Origin: Rhynchopus sp. YZ270_cl-10 | Lineage: Eukaryota | Direction of reading: 5' to 3' | NCBI GenBank assembly: GCA_964035575.1 | Contig: OZ037844.1 | Span: 1,550,001 to 1,614,000, forward strand | DNA: 64,000 nucleotides | Shown here: positions 48,060 to 57,626 of the stretch, piece after piece | Layout of the letters: each line of letters starts with the position of its first letter | Position numbering within the stretch: the stretch's first letter is position 1 | Notes under the pieces: model-generated | Told to the model about the DNA's origin: nothing | What the model saw: only the letters and a program-made list of their open reading frames with translations | Database searches by the model: none | Made by a program: the position numbers and the translations under genes

Positions 48060-51000
48060 ATGCTGCGCTGTGTGCACGCACTCTCACTCCTGTGCATTGT
48101 GTGGGGCGGGGCCCCAGCGCCACCGATCGTGCCTGCAGAGCACTATGACTCGTACACACCTGCACCTGGGGTGGAGGTGAGTGGCCTCTTCGAGCGTGAC
48201 GGCTACCTCATCATGGGCGTGGTGGGGAAGATCCAGCAGCTCGCCATCGACACAGCCCTTAAGCAGGTCGTGCCTGCAGGTGACAGGGTCTTCGCAGACG
48301 TGACGTCGTGGGTGGTGCGCAGTGACGACACTAAACCGACCAGCATGCTCGCACTCATGACAACACCGACAGGACTCAGGTACGCGAAGCTGACGTCCCA
48401 GCGGCCAACGGCCTTGTTCCAAGGCTCTGTCCAAACCCTGACAGGCTCTCCAAACGTGCGTTGCTCCAAACTCGAGCAGGACAAGTATCAATCTAATTGG
48501 CTGTACATGTGCTGTGACACACCCGTGCTCCACGTGGTGGACTTAAATGGTGCACAAAAGAAGGTGACCCTCCCAGGGAACTGCGTCGACACTACGTATG
48601 ACGCCGTGAACAAGCGTCTGTACGTGGCACACCCAACTGGTGTGGTTGTGTATGATACAAGAACGCCAAACGCAATAGTGGAGGTGCCTGCAAGAAACTT
48701 TGCCAAGGCGGGTATCGTGACGTTGCACTTTAACAGAAATGACAACTTTCTGACTATGCTTGCCGAAAGCCCAACAGCGCCTGGTCAGACATCTGTGCAG
48801 ACGTTTCCACCCGACGGGACAGCGTACAACGGGCAGATCAGCATTGGTGCTGCGTCACGGCTTGGGTGTATCAAAGACGCGATGGCGGTGGTCTACGACC
48901 AGACAGACACATACCGGTACAAATCGATGCCATCCTTGAGGAACGAAGGAAAGAAGCCAGGAGGTGTGTGGCAGGTGGGGCCTGGCACACCCACGATGTC
49001 GTGCATCTACTGTGGGAAGACTTGGCTGTTCTACATGTCGTACGACACAGTGCATGTGTACTGTACCGACCCAGTGGTCCTAGGTTTGACTCCAGCACCA
49101 ACACCCGCACCCGAAACAGCTGCACCACTAACACCTGCACCTATGACGTCTGTCCCGCCAACAGTTGCACCTGACACAGAAGCCCCGGCAACACTTTCGC
49201 CACCTACGTCTGTCCCGGCAACACTTTCGCCACCTACATCTGTCCCGCCAACACTTGTTCCTGCAACGTCCTCGCCCAATAAAAGCCCCACTCCAGATAC
49301 AGCTGCACCCATCACCTCTTCACCTGCAACACCTTCGCCACCAACGGTTGCACCCACAACCCCCTCACCCCCAACAACATCACCTGCCACACCATCACCC
49401 CCAACACTCGCACCTGCCACACCGCTACCTGCAACATCTGCACCTGGGACTGCAGGACCCACCGCAGTGCCACTGACCCCTGCGCCTGCGACACCGTCGC
49501 CACCAACACTTGCACCTGTAACACCCGCACCAGCGACACCTCTCCCACAAACAGCAACGCCCACAACGTTGCCTGCCACCGCACTGCCTGCAGGCACCAC
49601 ATTGGCACCACCGACACCTGCACCAACAACACTGTCCCCGCTGACGCTGTCGCCACCTACACTGGCACCACCAACACACGCGCCGCTAACAGCACTGCCA
49701 CTCACACCCCTGCCACCGACCTCGCAGCCCTTGGCTTCTTCGGCACCAACTGCAGCACCCGCAACAACAGTGCCCCACACTGCACTGCCGACAACAGCAC
49801 CAACACCCGCGTCAACGCTTTCCCCTGACCTGAGTGCAGGGCCCTTGGTTGCGACCCCACTGCCTTCGTCTGACATGCAGTCGCAGGTGCCACTCACACA
49901 GACACCGACTCCAGCACCACTCCCGACACCCACAGATGCTGTTGATGGGACGCCTTCGCCAAGCAGCCTTGCTTCTGAGGAGTCTGTGGGTGACAGTGGC
50001 AGTGGAAGTGGGAAGCTCGACCACGTGCGTGCACACCACAGCAAGCACACGGTACAGACAATGGACAAGGCAACTGTGACGGCAGAAACAGTCTCCGGAG
50101 TGTCCAGTGCAGCGTCTGTTGTGTCCGGAGCCTCTGCCGGGTCAGCCCTTCGTCTTACTGTGGTGGGGCAGCTGTGCAAGCTTGGCCAGCCGATGGAGAA
50201 AAGGAAGTACCCACTGCTGCTGCACCCGACACAGTGGGTGCTGTTTGGGTCGCAAGCAGCTGGGGTTGTGGTGGGGAACTTCCTCATCACTATCTCGTTC
50301 TGGCTTGTGATGAGCATTGTTGTGCAAGTCGTGGTGTGCACTGGGTTCTTCACCAATGCGGATGCCATGGGTCTGTGCAGGTTTCCTTCATCACCGCTGT
50401 TTGTGTTCCAGTTTCTCTTGCAGGGAACATCGCTTGGTGCGATGGCACTTGTGTTCTATCCACCGTCAACACCACTCTTCCTGCTGGGCGCTGCGAGTCT
50501 TATGTTCTGCTGTGTTGTGCCGTTCTACGTGCTGTACTCTGTGTGCAACGGCGTTCCCCGGAAGGCGTACTACCTGCACGACGTGGACGTGGACAGGAAG
50601 ACGTGGCTGAGTGCACTGATCGGGCCTGGTGAGTGGGTGAGCAGGTTTGAGACGAACATGTGGTCGTACCGCTACGCAGCAGTGGTGCGTCCGTACCGAC
50701 AGGAGTGGGCGTGCTACTCGTTTGTTGAGATGGCGGCAAGTCTGACTGTGGCAGCTGTGGACAGCACGACTGCACACAGCCTTGTTGCCTGTGGACACCA
50801 GAAGACGGGGAGTGCTGTGGTCTTCATTGTGCTTCTCGTTGCGGAGATATACGCGTGGCCACATGCACGTGCACGTGACGGGTACATGCTGCCTGCGTTC
50901 CAATGCATGCAGGCGTCTGCACTGCTGCTTATGGCTACGGGGTACTACGTTGAGAACACAGACTACTGGACGTTTGGTGCGGCAGCCAAACTGCTTGTTG

Positions 51001-51377
51001 CGTGTGCAGGGGTGCTTGTCCTCAAGGTTGTGCTGGACGTGTGTTCTGAGATCTACATCTACTGCACGGGGCGCAGGGACAGGCTGCACGAGCTTGCACT
51101 ACAGCCGAAGCTCTCTGGTGTGGAGGATGTGGAGGTCGCGGAGATGCTGCTGGTGTCTGCCAAGCACGTCTCTGACGTGCAGCTGTCGCAGACGTCGTTG
51201 ACGTCGCTGCCGAGCACCTCCTGCCTGCACGTCAAGCCCTACGAGAAGGCACCGTCGCCTGCGACAGTCACATTGGACGTTGGTGTGCTGTCCACAGCAG
51301 ACGCATCGTCACGACACAGTGGCCACTTCGACATGACGTACAAAAGCAAACGGCGGAGTTCGAACTTCACAGTCTAG
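48060..51377 (+). CDS. Mucin-stalk multipass surface protein, paralogue 4 (likely start [11 protein letters not shown])
   Basis: ORF 47889-51377; first in-frame ATG at the conserved signal peptide is 48060; shortest stalk. Confidence 0.9.
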   Translation: MLRCVHALSLLCIVWGGAPAPPIVPAEHYDSYTPAPGVEVSGLFERDGYLIMGVVGKIQQLAIDTALKQVVPAGDRVFADVTSWVVRSDDTKPTSMLALMTTPTGLRYAKLTSQRPTALFQGSVQTLTGSPNVRCSKLEQDKYQSNWLYMCCDTPVLHVVDLNGAQKKVTLPGNCVDTTYDAVNKRLYVAHPTGVVVYDTRTPNAIVEVPARNFAKAGIVTLHFNRNDNFLTMLAESPTAPGQTSVQTFPPDGTAYNGQISIGAASRLGCIKDAMAVVYDQTDTYRYKSMPSLRNEGKKPGGVWQVGPGTPTMSCIYCGKTWLFYMSYDTVHVYCTDPVVLGLTPAPTPAPETAAPLTPAPMTSVPPTVAPDTEAPATLSPPTSVPATLSPPTSVPPTLVPATSSPNKSPTPDTAAPITSSPATPSPPTVAPTTPSPPTTSPATPSPPTLAPATPLPATSAPGTAGPTAVPLTPAPATPSPPTLAPVTPAPATPLPQTATPTTLPATALPAGTTLAPPTPAPTTLSPLTLSPPTLAPPTHAPLTALPLTPLPPTSQPLASSAPTAAPATTVPHTALPTTAPTPASTLSPDLSAGPLVATPLPSSDMQSQVPLTQTPTPAPLPTPTDAVDGTPSPSSLASEESVGDSGSGSGKLDHVRAHHSKHTVQTMDKATVTAETVSGVSSAASVVSGASAGSALRLTVVGQLCKLGQPMEKRKYPLLLHPTQWVLFGSQAAGVVVGNFLITISFWLVMSIVVQVVVCTGFFTNADAMGLCRFPSSPLFVFQFLLQGTSLGAMALVFYPPSTPLFLLGAASLMFCCVVPFYVLYSVCNGVPRKAYYLHDVDVDRKTWLSALIGPGEWVSRFETNMWSYRYAAVVRPYRQEWACYSFVEMAASLTVAAVDSTTAHSLVACGHQKTGSAVVFIVLLVAEIYAWPHARARDGYMLPAFQCMQASALLLMATGYYVENTDYWTFGAAAKLLVACAGVLVLKVVLDVCSEIYIYCTGRRDRLHELALQPKLSGVEDVEVAEMLLVSAKHVSDVQLSQTSLTSLPSTSCLHVKPYEKAPSPATVTLDVGVLSTADASSRHSGHFDMTYKSKRRSSNFTV

Positions 51378-51935
51378 AGGAGCCACAGCAGTGGAGATGT
51401 TCGCACGGAAGTGGATGCTTGGGACAGGTTTTAATTAACTATTGTACGTCACATCGTAGTCATCGTATGCGTCTCGTTCTTCGTGTGTACACGGAGTTGC
51501 GGTGCACAGGAACTACGGTTTGCATTGTCATTCTCGATCAATTTCTTTTTCGTTTTTTCCCCACTTCTTCAGTTTTGTTTTATACGGTTTTGTGCGTACT
51601 GATCACACGAGGCTAGCCAATGCGAACCTCTTGTGACGTTCTTTTGTTTCACTTGTCTGCTTATTTGCAACTGCATTCTTTCATTCGCGTCTTTGGTGCG
51701 TATTTTGTTTGCACGTTTTCATTAACGCATGCTGCCTTTTGTATCGGTCACGGTTCTTTTGTGGCCTATTCCCATTCTTTCCACTTCCCGCTCCCCGCAA
51801 GGGCCTCTCCCTCACCCCTTATCAGCGTGTCGCCCCTTCCTTGGGATACTTGGCATCGCCCGATTGACTTTTTTTTTTTGCGAAGTTTATTACCAAACCC
51901 TTGTAGCGCCGTGGCAGGGTTGCTGAGTTGCTTTG

Positions 51936-52039
51936 GCCTGCATGCCTGCATGCCTGCATGCCTGCATGCCTGCATGCCTGCATGCCTGCATGCCTGCATG
52001 CCTGCATGCCTGCATGCCTGCATGCCTGCATGCCTGCAT
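51936..52039. repeat. (GCCTGCAT)13 8-mer array
   Basis: Direct reading. Confidence 0.97.
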
Positions 52040-52727
52040 AGACAGAGACGTAGAGACGTGAGACGTGTGGTGGTACGTTGAATTCTGCAATGTCACCTGC
52101 CTTCTGTGCTCGTTTTATTTGCCTTAATTGATGCTCCTCCCGACCGGTGGTTTATTTATTAGAAACTGGTAGTGTCTGGCAAAAGACACACCGCCTCGTT
52201 TCTGAAAATAGTTCACTTCACGCGGGAAACACTTGCTTTATTTTCTTTTTTCTTTTTTGCTTACACGCAGTTATAAGAAAACTGAACACGGCTGCTGCCA
52301 AATGGCAAATTTGTCAAATAAATGTAACAAAGAGCCTGCCAGTTGCCCCTGCCTTCTTTTCCTTCTTTTACAGTGAATACCATATACCACCCGTTCTCTA
52401 GGCAATCCCTTATGAGATCTTGTTTGTTTTGTTTTGTCATATCCACCCCCTCTCTTGGGTGTGCACACATGAGGCATATTCATCTTTCCATGATCGTTCT
52501 TTCTCCAATTTTGGTTGACGTACGGCCCGACATGCCGTCAAGACGCAATGTGCGTAACTTATCCTAACTGTCATAAAATCTGACGTGATTCCCACATTAG
52601 GAAACGCCTCTATCACTATGTACGCGACACTTCTCCGCTATGTGTCCGGCGAGTTGTTGTGCACTTTCAAACTTCTGCTTAGGTACGTCTTTTTTTTTTT
52701 GCTTTCTCTTGCTTCTCTTGTTTTGAG

Positions 52728-52814
52728 GTATTGGGCAATTTGCGCGCCTGCTGCCATCCTTAGATGTGGTAGCCGTTTCTCAGGCTCCCTCTCCGGAATC
52801 GAACCCTAATTCCC
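52728..52814 (-). pseudogene. 87-bp orphan fragment of 18S (SSU) rRNA
   Basis: Reverse complement reads GGGAATTAGGGTTCGATTCCGGAGAGGGAGCCTGAGAAACGGCTACCACATCTAAGGATGGCAGCAGGCGCGCAAATTGCCCAATAC, a highly conserved eukaryotic SSU segment; flanks are not rRNA-like. Confidence 0.92.
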
Positions 52815-53961
52815 TGCAGTCAGCGTTGTATTCCATCATTTATCAACTCTGTACAGCAACAATCCCCTCAAGCATTTGGCAATGAGGGGGGCTTCTGGAA
52901 GGTCTCAGCAGGTCCTTTATCTCATGCAAAAAGCTCCTTTGTTTTTTTTCTATCACTCAACCAAAAAGCGTTGTCTTTCCCCTTGAAATATGCGTGCAAC
53001 GTTAAGATGACTAAGTCCGTGAGTGTCCACACGGTACCACTGTTCATTTGGCGTTCTTCAAAACTTTTTTTTTTGAGGTTTCTTGTCCTTTTTCGCTCTC
53101 TCTTTCCCCCTCTTTTTTGTTTCACTTTTAAGTGCGTTAATTAGAATAACGTCGTCATTTACCTAAAATGTGGTTTTGATTACAAAACACCACAAACCAC
53201 CCCCATCCTTACCCGCTCGCGCTTCGTATTGCGATTCCTCTTAACAATTATTATCCTCTCTTTTCAATTTAAAGATGTGTGTGTGTGCGCATGAGGCACA
53301 TTTCATCTTATAAGCTTTCTTTTCAGTCGTCTGTATTTCAAAAAAAGCAGTACAGTGAAAACTGGAATTTTTTTTTTATACCCTGCGTCTTTTTGTAGTA
53401 CCGTAGTTGGCAATTGTGCTTTGCGTTGTTGCTGGGTGTCCTTCCTCTCCCGGTGAGGCGTTTTTGTGCATTTTTTTCCCCAACTCTGCCACGGAGTGGA
53501 GTCGGCCCAAAAGGGTCCGCCCATTTTGGGCGGACTCCACCGTGCATCGTCTACGGCGCGAAGAACTAGGAACACTCCAAACGAACAAGAGAGTTGAGTT
53601 GATAGTGCAATCAATCACCCATAGGGTGTTATTCGATGCAACTCTCTCTTTTTACGCGTTTCGCAAAAAAAAAAAAAAGAGTTGCGTCTCCCCAGCGTTT
53701 ATCTGCTCCACGTGTCAAAAATATCAACGTTTCCCCCCCAAAAATGTGTGGCTCAAAACACGCCCTGGATAGCGTACGAAAAAAAAAAGTACCTAATACC
53801 AGGGGACCGCACGATATAGCTCTCTGTGTCTTTTTTTTCGGTAACGCAAACAAGGCTCTGTGAAGGGGAGGCTTGACTGTCACCCCCTGACATTGCTTTT
53901 CTCCCCCCCCTTTTTTTGTTTCCCTTCACGCGACGCTTTTGCGACATTTTTGCCTTTTCTC

Positions 53962-54325
53962 TCCTCTCTCTCTCTCTTGTCCTTGTAAATCCTCAGAGCA
54001 ATATTTGGACCGTTCTTTTTGCATTTGCATTCCTTGAGTTTGACGTGAAGGTTGTGTCTTGCAAGGAACCAGGACCGATACTGCACCATACGGGTCCTTT
54101 TGGTGGTGCTTATGCTTCATAGGATGACAAAGACAAGCCTTGTGTCGAACAGGCAGTGGTGTCCCTTCAGGTGCGCACCATGCATGTGGCCTGGTGGGAC
54201 TGTCGTGAAGTGTTCTGCAGAAGGTGTTTTTGTGTGACCTATGATAGCGGCAGCACTGCAAGGGGATGTCTACCTGCTTTTGTTCTTCGAAGGTGGCACA
54301 GAAGAAGGGGCTTTAGGATCCTTTT
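53962..54325 (+). repeat. ~360-bp SINE-like dispersed repeat (copy 2)
   Basis: Near-identical to 35102-35460. Confidence 0.9.
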
Positions 54326-56837
54326 ATGATTCATTTTTCATATTTTTTAGCGGATAAAGGAGGTCACAGCTTTTCTTTGTTACGCAGCTGATGCTGTGCG
54401 ATAACGGATGTGATGAATGTGACCAAGCAGAGTCAGTGGTGCAATGGGAAATCGGGCAACGACCTGTCAGCGACCTGTCAATATCGACCCCCTCCCGGAG
54501 TGCCATTACTGTCATCTTATCAACTTTTCTTCGGTGGTTTACAGAGAGAGGCTTAAGGATTTCATCTTTTATCTTTCTCTCTTGACAACTTTGTGGATGC
54601 GCTTTGCACCCTGTTGGGTTCGAGGTTGTCTGCACAAATTTTGTTTGAGGTGACTAAGCACGCTTAGGCTCCGGTTCATCTCAACCTTTTGTTTGGGGTT
54701 CGATAACCCCGCGGAGTGTTCGTGCCTGCGTCCCAGAGGCGTTTTGCACTATCAACTTCACTTTGTTTCACATGCCATCAGCCTTTGAAGGTTCTGTGTC
54801 TACACATCTACAAAATCCGAATTCACCTTGTTTCACCCATTCCCCTCAAAGGGAGTTTTTTTTTCTAACCTTTTTGACGTCTCTTTTCATCCTTTAACGA
54901 CCCATATCTTAACAACGAATGAAGGTGACTCAGCACGGGAGGCTCAGCGTCATCTCATGTAACCTTTTCTATCCTTTTTTTTTCCATTCAACTTTTTTCA
55001 ATTCATGACAACTTCAAAGATGTGCTCATGTCCCTAGAGGCCCACTATTTCAAGTTGCGTTCTATACTTTGTTCATATGTTAGCTCCCGGAAAACAGGAG
55101 CGGTGAACATCAATTGCCACGTTTTGTGGATAAGTGTGTGTGCACTGTGAGGTGGCAGATTGGTCTTACGGCCTTTCTTATATTTGTGAGTGTGCGAGAG
55201 AGTGTCTATTGTTTGGGGAAGTTACAACTGCAGAAATAGGCAAACCCCTCAATCAGTCTACGTCAGGGTTGATTACCATTGACAAAAAAATATGTAACTG
55301 CCGATAAACAAAATTGCAACCCCCTTCAATGAGTCTGCGTCAGGCGCAGGACGTTGGACCTTTGCTTTTGTATAGTCGACTAAGAGAAGAGGTTCACCTC
55401 ACCCGGGTCTTCTTCCTGTTCTTTCTTTGCATGCCCACCCTTTGCATGAGCTCGACTGAGATGCGTTTTTAGCACATTTCAACTTCTCTTTATTTTGAAA
55501 AACATTCCAAAAAAAAGCAAGGGTCCATTTGTCGCACCCTCTTTGCTTTCTTTTTCGTTTCGTTTAAGAAAAGAAAGTATATGAAATAACATTTCAACTT
55601 CTCTTTGTTTTCCTTTTTTTTTGATCGTCGTCAACTTCGTTGTCTTAGTGTAGGACCCCAGGATGCGTTACACATAAGTATTTGTGTTAACTCTGAGTTG
55701 ATGTGTACGAAGTGTACATTCATCTTGCAAGGCGGTTCCTCCTTATTGCTGTTAGAATAAACTGAAACACGATTTTTACTGCCAACAGTTTTTTGCCCTC
55801 ACGCTTTTCCGTGTATGTTCTTCCCCCTCACCCAGGTATCATCGTGCGCTAAGGAAAAAGTCTAAATGGGCTTCCTAAATGGCTGCGGGCAACGAAACAA
55901 GATGCAGTAGTGGATTAAGTGAGGATGAAGTCTGTGGCAGTGTTGTTTTGTTCAGTTTATCCCCGCCCCCCGGCATTGCCACTATCACACGCCTGCCCTC
56001 TTTGCTACACTCCACACCATCGGGATTACCCTGAAACACTGCTTTTTTTTAACATTTTTAACACCCACACCAACACTCCGATGTCGTGTTTAACGCTTTC
56101 CTTACTCACGTAAACTCCACTCTCATAATCTAGCTTTTGATTTACGCTTTCTGGGATGTGTGTTTTTGAACGTCCTTTGTGTGCTTTTCTCTTCTTAGAA
56201 AGTAGATGAAATTGATCTTTTTTCTGTGGCCATATTTACCTATGTTAAAATCCGACGGCCATAATATATATTATTAGTGTCCACTCTTCAGAGAAAAAAA
56301 CAAAAAAATGCCCACGAACCAAAAAAAAGCCCGCCCCCGGTTTCATGAAGTGCGCAATATGGGGTTTTCAGGAGGAGCACCAAAATTGTATTGTTGTCTT
56401 TTATCCACGCATCTCTGTGGATGTCTCACCTTTTGTGTTCCGGCCGGAATCTGACCTCATGACCCTGTGTCTGCAAAGATGCTGTTCATTTGATTGATGA
56501 GAGGAAGCGGAGGGTGGAGAGGGTGGAGAGGTTGGAGGGCATATCAGATGCAGACCTCGCATTGGGGTGCATACACAGCACAGTCCTTGCAGCTATATTC
56601 ATTTCGTGTCTCCCTCAGGTCTCCCAGATCAGCGGCGCAGGGATTAGCTCCACGTAGCCTCACCCACGGGGAAGAGGACCCCAGCCAGAACCACTGTACG
56701 AACGGAAGAACTGCAGCAAAACGCCAATCACGACGTTTTCGAGCATTTGTTCAGGGTTGAAACCACTGCTAAATGGGGTATTTCTTGTCCACACCACACC
56801 ACACACAGAGCTCAGAACACAAAACCACAACAAACGA

Positions 56838-57367
56838 ATGGACGTGCACTTCGAGGATTTCAAAGCGACTCAGCACACAGTCGAGGTGGGTGAAGATGAC
56901 ACGGCGGAGGACTTGCGGCGGAAGGTGGCGTTTGCAGTGGGGTTGCCTGCAGACAGCTTTTGCATGAGTTTCGGAGTCGAAGCGATAGGCGAAGGATACG
57001 ACATGACGCAGCTAAGTGCTGGTGACACAATCGTGCTGAAGAAGTCGATGAAGTACGAAGCCCTTGCAGCGCTTCATGCGTTGGGTGAGACAGACCTGAC
57101 GGCCGAGAGGTTGAAGAAGGTGACGAATCCTGAGGTGGCGTGTTTGCTTCTGCAGGCGGGGGTTGCGACTGTCATTCCTGATGGGTTCTTGACGAAGGCA
57201 TCCTTAACGCGACTTGATCTGAGTGCTGTGTCCTTTGTGACACAGATTGGAGACAAGTTTCTTTTGGAATGCACCTCGTTAACAAGTATTGACCTCTCTG
57301 GGTTGAGCAATGTGACGCGGATTGGCAGTCACTTTCTTTACGGCTGCAGAGCTTTAACCACCCTGGA
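56838..57367 (+). pseudogene. Ubiquitin-like N-domain + BspA-type LRR gene, interrupted by retrotransposon
   Basis: MDVHFEDF...TVEVGEDDTAEDLRRKVA (Ubl-like), then VTQIGDKFLLECTSLTSIDLSGLSNVTRIGSHFLYGCRALTTL LRRs; the pattern breaks mid-codon at the expected Asp of TLD; read-through stop at 57404. Confidence 0.8.
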
Positions 57368-57497
57368 GGGATACACACAACGTACACAAAAAGAAAGAAT
57401 ATAAACAATGTTTTCGTACATGGTGTCGAAGTCACGTCCAGCCTCCACGCGGAGTATCCCGGGCAACGATCCGTCACACGGATCGGCCAAGTGGACG
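57368..57497 (+). ncRNA. HDV-like self-cleaving ribozyme
   Basis: P1 GGGATAC(57368-74)/GTATCCC(57454-60); P2 CGTCCA(57435-40)/TGGACG(57492-97); P3 GCC/GGA (one mismatch); L3 TCCACGC; P1.1 CC/GG; GGGCAAC; P4 GATCCGT/ACGGATC; J4/2 GGCCAA with candidate catalytic C57487. Confidence 0.85.
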
Positions 57498-57626
57498 CCA
57501 CACCCGCCGGCGCCTGTGTGCTGCAGGTCGTGGAACTGCTATTGCAGTGACGAGGTGACGGCGGCGGCGGAGCAGGCGCACTGGACTGAGGGGCTACGGC
57601 AGCCCGCCTACCCGGGGGCAGGCGGC

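Noticed and set aside
57408..57626. Annotated ORF1 start at 57408
   Set aside because: Lies within the ribozyme, and the encoded peptide is not domain-like; ATG 57627 preferred, though an upstream start is not excluded
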